DNA of 64,000 nucleotides from Leptogorgia sarmentosa (lineage: Eukaryota). The notes beneath the pieces were generated by a model. It searched no databases and was not told where the DNA came from. It was given only the letters and a program-made list of their open reading frames with translations. Location of the stretch: the NCBI GenBank assembly GCA_964658305.1, contig OZ210885.1, positions 18,600,001-18,664,000 on the forward strand, in the 5' to 3' direction. Within the stretch, counting starts at the first letter, position 1. The number at the start of each line of letters is the position of its first letter. The translations under genes were made by a program, and so were the position numbers. Positions 12,293-24,581 of this stretch are shown here, one piece after another.

Positions 12293-14370
12293 TGATCATA
12301 CCCTTGCACTGCTTCATTCATCTGGCCACCAGATTGCTGTTGATTTCACATTGCGTTGTAAAAACTTTCTGCAATAGCTTCTGGGCCTCCTTTTGCCAAA
12401 ACTATATCAAGGAGTGCACAGGCAGCAGGCTCGGCAACTTCATAGATTTCCTTTCTCAAGTAAAAGGATTCGTAGAAGCGATGCTCGTTAAGACGCACTC
12501 TGTGGACGTTACCATTCGCGAAAAGCATCGTAAAAACTGAATCTAACTCTGTAGTATTTACTGAGTGAAATCCTACAAGATCGGCACCTTCTTTCGTCGG
12601 CAGCATTGAGGCTTCTCAACTCTCAAACCATTCAGGACATGTACCGTTCCAAATTCCTTGCTTTACTGTTTTTTTTATCTGTGGCATGTAGGTATGTGCC
12701 ATGCGATGGTCAAAATTTATTCCAGCTGATTGGATATGGGACATTTCTGACGCTACTTTCAACACATGTTTGCATGATTCTACGCCATACTCTTCTACCT
12801 CACCTTCGGGGAGATCAAACTTAAAGGAACCATCCTTCACTTCACCGCAATGGAGCATCACCAGATTTGCTGCATCGAACACTTCCAAGTGGGACACCAC
12901 AGCAGGGTTGACAACTCTACTAACCCGCTTATCTAAAGCTTCCGCCAAATCTCTAGCAAATCTCTCACGGTCTTCCTTTATTTCATCCTTTTCTCGATGC
13001 TCCATTTGAAGCGTTCTTCCCCAGCATTAACTCCATCGTCTTGAACGACGAGCCAACCTCGTAGCAATTCAACACCTCTGAATGTTTCTCCAGGTTTGAG
13101 TGTATCTTGCGCCTTTTGCAATCTTGGAAAAGCTTCCATATCTCCGCCACCTGCCTTGATGAGTTTCGCCTTGACTTTCGGCCACCACAACTTTAACTTC
13201 CACATGGGGGTATCGAGTGCTTGGGCACGAATCATCAGGTCAACGACAGGTTCCATTATGTCAAGGAATGCCAGAAGATCCGCAACAAAGTCCGACCCCG
13301 CTATCATATACTGCCACTCTTCGTCGTCGTTTCGCTGGGGATGCAGCAAGTCAAACGCCTTCCATAAGGCGCTGTAGCTTTTTTCTATCTTCTGCCATTG
13401 TTCGTAGGACGGACTTGCAAAACGTTGAGTGGCATAGGAGACGGGCCTTCTAGCATCTTTATCTACCATCTGAAGAAGTGCAAAACCTTTCCCGTGCGAC
13501 ATCATGTGGTTAAAGATGTTGCATCGCTTGATGAACCGTCGAAAATTGGCTCCACTTTGATCCTGAGCATCTCTGACATCTGTAACTCCTAGATGAAGGA
13601 CATGAGCAGTGTCCCAAGTAACAGGCAATGCCAGATCTGGGTCATCATCTGTAATTGCAAGAGACTCCCTCAGTTGTGCTGCAAAACCAGATGCCTGATA
13701 TGGGCCATCGGCTGCAACTCCACAAAGGCGTGAAAGCACATCTTCAGAAAAGTGCTGTGAGACTCCCTCTAACAGTTGCTTGGATAACTCTCTGTATGTG
13801 GCTTCTTGGAAATCGGAATAGACTGGAGGCGATGATACAGGGATAGGACAAGGAACGCCGTCATTATTTCTTGCTACGACTATCACAGCTTGATTTGTTG
13901 TTCGCGATGGTGTTGCTTTGTCTGTGGTAGCCCAGAAATGCGGAGGGAGAAACGTAGATGAAAGGGGAGTGTTCAACCATGTGTTAATTCTTTTGTCTAT
14001 AATCTTCTCCAAACAATAAAGGATATGGTTACAATTGTTCCTAGAATGTCCAATGGACCCCACGTTCGCACCGCAACAAGCTAGGAAAGAGATCAGAGTT
14101 TCAAAATGTCTTCCGGCAGCACCAAGTTTTAGATCCACTATCGCTGCACGAAAAACGTTTCCCGACGACGTTGTTGCTCTTTTCTCAGCTTGCTTGTTCT
14201 TCTCGTACTCCTTCATGGCTTTTTTATGCGTTATGGATCCAGTACCAATAAGGCACACATGCTCGATACAAAAATTTTTCTCACGATACAACGTTTGATT
14301 ATGACCTTGGATCAAAAGCCTGATGGTTTCCTTCTTTAGGAAAATTCCGGTAGCAAAAGTGCCACAACCG
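12293..14370 (-). pseudogene. hAT-like transposase, frameshifted
   Basis: TDKAT, AADGPY, WDTAH, QRFAS and EAIAESFY correspond to the hAT D, D, CxxH, RW and E positions; ORFs 12978..14417, 12616..13005 and 12346..12606. Confidence 0.65.
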
Positions 14371-17300
14371 CTTGATGAATTAGATGATGATAGTACTGAC
14401 ATTTTTAAGTCTAACATTATTGTCCGTTACAGTGACAGACCGAAAAACATTCCTGTCATCAATGATATGTGTTTAGCTTTATTTGCTGCTCACTATTTCA
14501 AAGATTACAAAAGTGATTTTAACGAAGTATCTGATTCTCAACCTGAAGTGTTAAGCGATGAATTCATTGAATCTCAAAATATCGAAAATCATAACACTGA
14601 ACTTCCCGATCGATTAAAACTTGTAAACAGCAGAGAAATTATGAAGTGCAGAAAAATTAAAGCTGTCATATGATATCACACCCCAAACAAAAGAAAAGAG
14701 CCTGAAAAATATTTTCAGCACCTTCTCATGTTGTATTTTCCGTGGCGTAATGAGCAGGAACTCTTTGGCGAAGACCATACATACATATCTAAGTTTTATG
14801 AGCCAGATGTTCAAGAGGTAGTACAACGCAACAAAGAAATATTTGAGCCAGATGGGGATGCAATTAATGAAGCACTAGAAAACTTACGAAACTTTGATGG
14901 CGTACCAACTCACTCCTATGATCCAATAAATGACCAGGAAAATGAGGATTTGCGACAAAGTTTACCTGACGATTCTGATGAAACCGAGTCTTTTAACGAA
15001 TCATTGCCACAACATCTTGCATCAAGTCTTGAATCAGTTCAACCATCTTCTGGAATATGCTCTTATAATCAACCCTTAGAAATCAGTGATGACGATCTAC
15101 GAAAAACTGTAAGATCATTAAACAACAAGCAATGTTATGCATAACACCCTTAAACCATCTAAAGTAGATCTGATACATGTTTTTGTTACCGGAGGTGGAG
15201 GTGCAGGGAAATCACACTTAATTAAAGCTATACAGGGTGTCTCAAAAAAAAGGTAATCGAACTTTGGCATGCCATTGTGCGGTAATTACTGGGTGTACGA
15301 ACGTGATTTTTGCATGGTCATAAAGATCAAGGTCTTAGCAGTTGAATGACCTATTTCTTGTACGATATGGAAGAAAATCAGGCAAATGCGAGCGTGTTGA
15401 AAAATCTCGGTGAAAAACGCATTCTTTCACCTCTGTGCCTAATTAAAGCAGTGCATAACAAAAGAAAAATGCAATTCATCACGAATGTGTCATGGTAACA
15501 AAGATTTTATCAGGATTATTAATAATTATGCATAATCAGGTCGATTGTTGAAGGGAAGGTCGTCATGTTCGAGTCCCAGAGGGAGTTAATTTTGAATAAG
15601 TTTAGCTGCAATTCTCAGAGGTGAAAGAATGCGTTTCTCACCGATATTTTTCAACACGCTCGCATTTGCCTGATTTTCTTCCATATCGTACAAGAAATAT
15701 GTCATTCAACTGCTAAGACCTTGATCTTTATGACCATGCAAAAATCACGTTCGTACACCCAGTAATTAACGCACAATGGCATGCCAAAGTTGGATTACCT
15801 TTTTTTTGAGACACCCTGTATATCATACTGTTACAAGAACATTTAGACATGCTCCAATGAATCCTGAATTGCCTTCTGTATTGCTAATGGCTCCAACCGG
15901 TGTAGCTGCCATAAATATCAACGGAACAACCGTAAACACTGCTCTAGCAATTCCAAGAGAGTGTGGTAATAATATGCCTGCGATGTCTGACCAGAGAAGA
16001 ACACAAATGAGATTGTCTTTGGCTGAATTGAAACTAATCATAATTGACAAAATATCAATGGTTTCAAACATGGGTCTGCTGCATATTCACCAGAGATTGA
16101 AAGAAATATTTGTTACACCTAATAGTGAACTTTTTGCAGGCATCAGTGTACTTGTTTTCGGAGATTTCTTTCAGCTACCACCAATTCGAAGCACAGCAAC
16201 ATTTTCAAATTATAAGAACGATACATTCAATCTACACCATCCCTGGCATGTCTTTAAAATGGCAGAACTAACACAGATCATGAGACAAAAAGATGACCTT
16301 GCCTTCACTCAACTATTAAATAGAGTGCGCACCACTTCACATACAGACAATGATATCAGGTGTATTCAATCCAGAACAATAACTCCAGGTGATGAAAATT
16401 ATCCGTCGGATGCATTACACATCTTTGCAGAAAATGCACCAGTAGATGAGTACAATATTGATCGCCTAGAACAAATTCAATCACCACAGTACGCTTTAGA
16501 AGCTTTAGATCAATTCCCACCTCATGTTAGAAAACAGGATATCGATAGAGTGTTGTCTAAAGGAAGATCCGAAACTGGAGGGCTTGACACTAAAATCCTG
16601 ATCAAAGAAAATGTGAGAGTTATGCTCACAACCAATGTGGATATTAACAATCAACTAATTAATGGCCAATTAGGTACAGTAGTAAACGTTTCTGTTGACA
16701 ATGTTAGTAATAAACCCTCCACAATTTTTGTTAAATTTGATGACAGTAATGCTGGAATATCTGCTATACGAAATTCGTCCAGTAGTTTTGCAAGAGAAAA
16801 CAATCTCGTTCCTATCAAACCTGTATTGGCGAGAATTAAAGTCAGACCAGGAAAACCATCATCTTCAGAAATGCAAAGATTACAATTTCCTGTAACTCTC
16901 GCATGGGCATGCACTGTTCATAAAGTACAAGGATTAACTCTAGATAACATTGTTGTCAGTTTTGATTTAAAAAAGCAAAGGTATTTTAACTATGGTCAGG
17001 TATATGTAGCACTTAGTCGAGCAACGTCTTTAAATGGCCTGCACATTTTAGGAACACTTGAAAGTAAGCATATTCGAGCAAATCCTAAAGTCCAGGAAGA
17101 ATACGACAGATTGTGTGAAAGTTTGAGTCTCCACCCGCATATCACAACAGACTTATGTAGCACAGAAACTGTCTCAATTTGTCTTTTAAATATTAGATCA
17201 TTTAAAAAACACAGTCTTGACCTAAGTAATGACCCAATCTTGTCCAAATGTGATGTATTTGCCCTTACAGAAACTCAACTTTTAACCAGTGTATCAAATG

Positions 17301-17801
17301 ATGATAGTAGCTCAATCCTTAACGACTTTTCTATATACAGACAAGATCATAATTCTGACAAGTTCTTAAGTCTAGCTGTTTGCTACAAAGACACTGTTAC
17401 GCTGTGTGACAAAATATTTCACTTCAATAAATGGTTTACGATTTTTACTTAATAGCTCCGCTGGCAATACCTTATTCTGTCTACTGCTTTATCGTAAGCA
17501 CGGATGTGACATTCAGCAATTCATAGCTTCCCTACATTACATAATAACTAGCTTCGATATTGACGTTATATTTGGAGATTTTAATATTGATTACTTTAAT
17601 GAAAAGGACATTTCTTCATTGAAAGTACTCGCCGAGTCTTTAAATTATGTGCAACTTGTAACTAAACCAACATTTGTTTCATCCGGAAGTCTTCTCGATC
17701 ATGTTTACGCGAAACAGTCAATAAGCAATAAAATAGAAGTAAACGTTGTAAGTGTGTATTATTCAGATCATGAGACTGTTAATGTAACTGTAAGATTTTG
17801 A
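14371..17801 (+). pseudogene. Helentron A post-Rep region, Pif1 helicase and AP/EEP endonuclease
   Basis: STDIFKSNII, LYFPWRNE, GGGGAGKS (~15190-15215), APTGVAA, GDFFQLPP, MRQ, TVHKVQG, YVALSR; EN motifs LNIRS, LTET, GDFN, LDHVY, SDH; Walker B mutated to DKIS; stops and frameshifts. Confidence 0.93.
15233..15818. mobile_element. Tc1/mariner-type MITE with ~200-bp TIRs
   Basis: TA TSD at 15231-32 and 15819-20; TIRs ~15233-15435 and ~15616-15818; removal restores helicase codons AAA GCT ATA TAT CAT (KAIYH). Confidence 0.96.
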
Positions 17802-18237
17802 CAAGTAGTTTCATTAAAAATTTGACATATACAGTAGTGTAATAACGCCAGTAGTTTCAATAACGTTTCGGTATATAACCAATTAAACTAGCACTATTTA
17901 ATTGCAGCAGAAAAACTAATCGAATTTTAAAAAATCGCTGAAATGAAAACCAGTCTAGGAGAGACTGGGATGGGGGATTCTGGTAGATCCCCAAAGAGAC
18001 TGACGTTAGGAGTCTCATGCAGTTCCATCCATACAAACAATAGTATGTTCAATCATTTTTAAATTGAAGCTAGATGCAACATTTACATTGATTACACTTA
18101 GTACAGTACACTACAGCTCAAATGTGTTGTAAGCTCAAATTCATCACTCAAAATGTTTAATAAGCAGGATTGAGTGCACATGTTTGCTCTCTTTCGTTGC
18201 AGTGGCAGTTGTGTTACATGTGTTTAGAACTGAAAAT

Positions 18238-19328
18238 ATGGCATCAAGAAAAACTGCGGGACAAATTGCCAAAAAGAAAAAGCCGTCGAAAGAAAGTGTA
18301 ATCATCAAACCAGCTAGTGAACCAGAACAACAAGTGGCTTGCTCGAGTGAACTGAGTGAAACCAGGGCGCTGACTAAAACACAACAGGATAGCAGCAATG
18401 CCGGAGCTCCCGTCATCGGCTATGTGCATAAATTGTCGCCTTTGAAGAGAAATAGAAGAAATACGATGGACTATTCTACGCTTGTTCTCCAAACCGAAAG
18501 TGATACGATCGAAGCTTTATTGTATGCAAAAACCAAACGTCCTTTACTCGTCGATAGTGTCAACAGTCATACACCGCTCAAGATACAACGGTTTACCAAA
18601 TCATCTGACGGGAAAAAAATCATCATTAATGGCATTGCCAAACAAGGCGAGTATACATTTCAGTATAAAGAACTTGAAAGACGTGGCAAGGCTATTCATG
18701 TTGGACAAATTGTTGAGGTTGGAGCAAAAAAGCTGAAATTACTGCAAGCAACTTTCTCCGATAACACCGGATCCATTGCGGTGGATGTCTGGGAGCAGTA
18801 CGCTCCTTTGATTGAAAGTGGAAAGTGTATTTACTTAGAGATTTACATGTCCGTATTTGGGCTGGAGTGAAGGTCAGCACAACGGTGGACACTGTTGTTT
18901 CTGCCATTGTTGATGAAGATCTACAGAAAATTCCTGTCAACCAAGATGAAATTCAGACTGATAACTACAAGACAATAACGGTACCCATTATCGCATTTGT
19001 TCAGAAAGTGGAGACATCAATTGCGTGCAGAAGCTGTTCCCGAAGACTTCTCCAGTCGACCGACAGCAAATTTGCCCACTGCGACAGATGTGGATCCACA
19101 TCGAGGATTGCCGACTGCCGACCGCAGGTGTGCGCCAAAGTCATTGTCGAGTCTTCCGAAGGTGATCAGCTCAATTTAACCATTTTTCAAAATGTTCTGC
19201 AAAGTGTTATTGAAGGAGATGTTGTTACATTGGGAGAAGAAAAAGTTGCAGAGGCACTGTTACTATTTAAAAATGTAAACATCAAATACAACACAAACAC
19301 TTTTGTCGTTATTGAGCTAGAGGTATGA
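18238..19328 (+). pseudogene. RPA70/SSB-like multi-OB-fold protein with C4 zinc ribbon, frameshift near 18830
   Basis: PVIGYVHKLSPLK; ATFSDNTGSIAVDVW (OB strand motif DxTGxIxxxxW); ACRSC...HCDRC. Confidence 0.72.
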
Positions 19329-20816
19329 ACATACAAGTACATTATGGACACTAGAATACTAGAACAATATTTTGCTGTTTTGTTCCGATTTATGTTTTGT
19401 TAGTGATCACAATATATAGCCATACACAAACATTGGTTCTAAACAACCTTTGGGTTTTAAAGTGTAAGAAGTGAACTTGTACAATAACAAAAATAAAACA
19501 TTTTATATTTTTTGAAACATAATATTGTAGAGCTATATATTATATGTTGAAAACTTTGTTGGTTATATCTTTGCAAGTTGATTTGTTCTTGATATTAATG
19601 CCCTACTGTGCAAGAAAATTGGTGAATTCTTACACACAAGCTACCCTACTTACAGGTTAACCTAAGGCTTATTATTTTGATGGATATTTCTGCTGTATGA
19701 TAATGCCTAGGTTGAAAAAGATGTTTCTATCTTTCCCAGCTATGAAACTGTTATATATCCTTGCTATATCCTTTACATAAAGCTAATAATCATAAAGGGA
19801 CTCCTTAATAGAGAAGCTTATGATATTACACAAAATGGGCATAACTGTAGAATGCCCCGCATGTGGAAGGTGCGTTTTGATGTGGCTACTGGCTACTTGG
19901 CTACGTCTTTTAGGGCTGCTTTCCACTTCAGCGTATCGTAGTGAAACGTAGCGTATCTCATTCTTCGATGAGCACCAGGAGAACAATGATGACTTTTACA
20001 CAAAAGAAATGCCTATGGTACGGTACGATGGGGTTGAAGTAGAAAAGGGGTCTTAACCTGCGAGTCGATTTCACTATGATTAATTGGTGCGTTCAATATG
20101 CGCTTAACTTACGGCATACAGAGTAAATAATGCTTAACACGTGAGTGTGTAAAGAGAATTAAATGAAGTCGCGATTTAAATTTGCCCGAGCAGTATAGGT
20201 TATTTTAATTTTCTGAGGGTCAATCGCATGTAATTAAGTTGTCCTCATTTACACGTTCACGTTTATCGCCCTGTTACGGCTATTCTTGGGAGGCTATAAA
20301 TGCTTGTATTAAGGTGCGAAATGTTGTCGTGAGATGTCATTTGTAAGATGTCTTCTGCGAAACTTTCTAAACTAAACAAAACTAACGTTGTGTATCGAAG
20401 GTTCAGGAAGGAAGGACAAACAAACAAACTATTGTGTTTGTAAAGGAGAAAGATCTCCCAGAGGCGGCAGTACATTTAGTTGACATAGGTGAATACAAGA
20501 AGAAATATTGCCTACCTGTTCATGGGGGAGTATCGCAATGCGCAAAAAATCAGCTACAGGAGAAAGGTCTTCTATCCTGCAATAATTAGATCTTCAGTGA
20601 TTTATTTACAAATATTTATGGGATTGAGTACAGTGATTGAGTTGGGAAATGACCGGGAATATTAAACCATATTGACTTACATAAGTAACCACCTACCATT
20701 ATTTTGTGTGACATTTTTGTATATGAAACGTGTGTTTGTGGAAAAGTAAAACAATAATAAGGCACGTATGCATGTTGTGGTTGGGACTACTATTTCGTTG
20801 TGAACTATTATTATAG

Positions 20817-20915
20817 GGGTTTGGGTTTGGACTGAGGTTGCAGTTGGGCTAGGGTTACGGTTAGGATTGGGGTTGGGGTTAGGGTTACAGTTACGGTTAG
20901 GATTGGGGTTAGGTT
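20817..20915 (+). repeat. Degenerate TTAGGG-like hexamer tract
   Basis: About 16 variant units (GGGTTA, GGGTTT, GGATTG, CGGTTA). Confidence 0.8.
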
Positions 20916-21175
20916 TATCTTTCAAAGCAATAAAGACAATGTTAAACCAACGATAACTTATTCATTTAGGTGCTGATACAATACTGCATAAAACGAAAGG
21001 AGATGAAAGTCTAAAATTAGACGAAGGTAGGTTTTCAACTGCTTCATGCCGTGGTATCTACGGTATGTTGGTGTTTGTGATCTGTGATTAGATTTGTAAA
21101 GAATCTTACAAATATCGTTCCTGAGACAGGAATCGAACCTATGCCCTTCTTTAATGTTTAATTTTCATCTTTAAG

Positions 21176-21802
21176 GTCAGCCAATAATAGGCTATCTACA
21201 TAATTTATCGCCACTCAAGCAAAGTCAATGCAGGAATTTATATTTTAACATGGAACTACAAACTAAACATAGCATGTATTGAACGGTGTGTTTTTCTACT
21301 GAAAAACACAGTTGTTGCAAGTCGAAATATTGAAGATCCTCCTGAGAATGAAATCGACTTCGACATCGAAAGCGTAAAACCTGCGGAACAACAATACACT
21401 TCCGCCATTACCGATGTTGCATCCATTGTTGATGGGAGTGCCAGCAACATTGTCAATGTTAATGGCAGAATCTCTTTCCAAGGCTTCTAGGAGACTATTC
21501 TGAAGAGTGGAAAAACGTTGAGGAAACAAGAAGGAGTTTTCACCGATAACTCTGCTTAAGTTTGCGTTGTGTTGTGGCAAAATGATATTGACAGAATTAA
21601 ATCGGGGTGTCACTACAAGATTTCAAGGGCAGATGTAAAACAATACGAGGGCAACAAATATATAACGCTCAATAGAAAGTCAGATATAAAAGAATCGAGT
21701 GTCGCTGTTCAGTTAGAAGATCAGGTAAATCTGGGAGAAAACAGATTGCGAAAAGCTTGCGCATCATCTTTGGATTGTGTGACCACACAGTCATCATACT
21801 GA
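21176..21802 (+). pseudogene. Second, decayed OB-fold/RPA-like gene
   Basis: PIIGYLHNLSPLKQ..YFNMELQTK..*TVCFS from 21181; FTDNSA*VCVVLWQ..VKQYEGNKYITL; several stops; possible splice acceptor at 21175. Confidence 0.7.
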
Positions 21803-23433
21803 TGGTTACAGTGAACATTTTATATAACTTCCTTCATGCTGCTGCTTCAAGATTGCTTATGTAAGGATGCTTTGCATGGATATTTCTCAATTGGTGAATT
21901 TATCAATTCGACCTGCCGTATTCGATTATGGGTTACATGTTCTAGAAGTTCACTAATAGAAATGGTATGAGCAGTTGTTAAAATTTTAATCTTTATTGCA
22001 GGTTTTTTGTTTCTTTTTGTCCAAAATATGGTCTTGTTCAGGCCATATTTTAGGTAGACTCTGACGCTCAGAACACAAGAAATGGCATACAAACACTTGC
22101 ACCACGTAAAAAGAAAACTAGAAAATAATAATAATATTTATTCAGGAAGCTCCACTCACCGAAGTGTTTTTTAGGGAGGTCCTGTAATATATATGTATAT
22201 TATACATTGTGAACTATATACTATGCTAAAAAATATAAAATATTTACAAATGGATATATATATATAATTATATTTCATAGTTGGAGAAAAGAAAAGCAAC
22301 TCATCTTAATTTACTAAATTGTTCAACTTAGTTAGATAAATTGTTTTAGTTTAGAGACTGAGATTCGTAGATTATTTTAGTTCAATAGATAGTGAGTTCC
22401 ATTCTGATACTGAATAGTACATGGGTCGTTGTTTTCCCCAATTCGTATGTGGGCGTGGAAGGTAATAGTTGTTATTCTGGCATGTTTTATGGTCATGTAT
22501 CTGGGAGATCATGGTAGGGTTGAAATCGAAGTTGACTAGATGGTTAAGACATTTAAAGGCAGAGATACAACAGTGGTATTTACGACGAAGGTGAAGGGGT
22601 TTCCACTGTAGAACTTCAAGGGCAAGGGTAGCGGAAGAATGGAGAGGAGGATCAGGGTGAAGTCTCGCAGTGTTATGTTGAAGAACTTGAAGGTGGCTCA
22701 GAGTGGAGTTGTTTTTGTCTCCCCACACAATATCGCTGTAGTCAAGTATAGGGAGGATGAGGGTGTTGTAGAGGGTGAGTCTGACTTGTAAAGGGAGTAA
22801 GAATTTTATGCGGCGGATAAGTCCAAGATGTTGATTAAACTTCTTGCTGATGTTATCGATATGCTCTGACCAGGTTAAGTTTTGTTGGATTGTAAGTATT
22901 TGAAGGAGTTAACTCTATTGAGGATAGAATCCTTAATCGTGATAGAAACTTTGTCAAATTTGGTGATTTTGCTAGGGCTACCATGAATTACAAATTTACA
23001 CTTGGAGACATTAAGTGTCAGGAGGTTGTCATTAAACCAGTTGCATACGTGTTTTAGATCGCAATTTAATTTCGATTCAAGATCACAAGCATTGTTTGAT
23101 GAAAAATATATCACACTATCATCAGCGTATACAAGAAGGCAAATCATTAATGAATATAAGGAATAGTAATAATAATCTCCCTCCTCTTAGTTCAGCAACC
23201 GAAGCTCTCGCTACTGTTGTGTACAAGTTATTGACAATTATTGAGCCATGAATTAGTGTCCCAGTGGACTTGTAGTATAATGTAAATGATGTAAATATGT
23301 AAATATATGTAAAATTACGGGTATAAAAAGAGAATGTGTGTGTGTGTGTGAGGCGCGATTGAATGTTCTTGGTAAACAAAATACATTTCTGTCGTTTGGT
23401 CTTTCTACATTGGTGAAGTTAGCACGTAACAAT

Positions 23434-23451
23434 TGGTGGCAGTGGTGGGAT
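23434..23451 (+). promoter_or_regulatory. Primer-binding site complementary to the 3' end of tRNA-Leu
   Basis: TGGTGGCAGTGGTGGGAT, 2 nt after the 5' LTR. Confidence 0.8.
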
Positions 23452-23478
23452 CCGTTGGATTTCAACACAGTTGTGGCT

Positions 23479-24560
23479 ATGGATAAAAAGCCGACGGAAA
23501 CTTTTACGGCCGGTGTAGGCGACCTTGAAAGCAACGAAGAAATGTTCGTGAACAATGGAGATTTAAAACGTGAGATTACTGCGATGTTACTGGAGCATAT
23601 GTTGGTGATAACTGCAATGAAAGAACTTCAGGAAAAGCAGGGAGACGAAACTAAAGTTATCATCACTACATTAGCGGGGCAGGTAGAAGAATGCAACGAG
23701 CGTTTGTTCCGCCTAGAAAGAAGACTGGATAATCAGATGCGGGAAGTTGTTGTTGTCAAAGATGAAATTGCCAAATTGAAGAAGAGTTCGCAGAAAGTTG
23801 ATGCTGTCCCGTTGGTCTTTGAAATGCGTGTGGGAGAGGTTGAAGGAAGATTACGACAAATTGAACAATCCCTAGAAGATATGAATTGGACAGACGAAAG
23901 GATGGCGTCCGTTCATGCTATTCTTTTAGCAACAGTGCACCAAGATCTGAAAACGGAACTGTTGGAAGAGTTAACTAGTCAACCAACCATGCAAATTGAA
24001 AGCAATACCGCCGTTTCGACGCAACGAAGACCCGCAGACACAAGTGGTGCTATGGTCAGCGGTCCCAGAGCAAGCAGTACTTCGTGTGAGCAATTAATAT
24101 TGACACATGAATTTAACAGCCCAGGCTCCCATTCTCAACCGACCAAGCCAACGCCTAAACCTAGATCAGCTGGCTCTTCTGTTGGTCGATCTGTTGCGAT
24201 GGGTTCGCAGTCATGTATCCCCAAAAGGCCATTACAGAAGCCTATGTCGTATGACTGTTCGACAACGTGGGAAGCATACTTCGCGCAGTTTGAGATAATC
24301 GCTGAAGTCAACGAGTGGGATGAGCATGAGAAGACAGCCTTCCTTGCCTCAAGCTTGAAAGGAAAAGCGTTGAGTGTTCTTGGGAATTTACGCCATGAAG
24401 ATCGTCACGATTTTTCCGCGTTGGTAACGGCCCTATCTAATCGTTTTGGTTGTGCACACCAAACAGATTTGTAGAGAGTTCGCTTCAAAAACCGGTTAAA
24501 GCAGCGTGACGAGTCTTTACCAGAACTTGCCCAGGATATTGAACGTTTGTCGAGAGGAGC
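23479..24560 (+). pseudogene. gag: Gypsy Gag (coiled-coil N-terminus, premature stop, C-terminal deletion)
   Basis: YD..TTWEAYFAQFEIIAEVNEW..LASSLKGKAL; TAG at 24472-24474. Confidence 0.8.
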
Positions 24561-24581
24561 GAGACTCAGCTCGGAGATGGA

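Larger units (their letters stand above)
8496..14370 (-). mobile_element. hAT-like DNA transposon, 5' end missing, carrying nested insertions
   Basis: Begins CAGGGTGC exactly where the Helentron frame breaks; transposase pieces at 14370-12293 and 9890-9768. Confidence 0.7.
5605..19328 (+). mobile_element. Helentron A (endonuclease-encoding Helitron), disrupted; termini not defined
   Basis: Collinear pieces: VTD domains, CxxC/DUF6570-like region, post-Rep region, Pif1 helicase, EEP endonuclease, then an OB-fold gene. Confidence 0.88.

Noticed and set aside
14323..14417. N-termini of ORFs 12978..14417(-) and 14323..14673(+)
   Set aside because: Chimeric read-through across the hAT/Helentron deletion junction.
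15776..15820. ATG start of a 558-aa standalone PIF1 gene
   Set aside because: The start lies inside the MITE TIR; Walker A is on the other side of the MITE and Walker B is mutated.
20677..20925. PN-repeat protein or a true telomere
   Set aside because: The ORF is a translation of a short, degenerate, interstitial hexamer tract.
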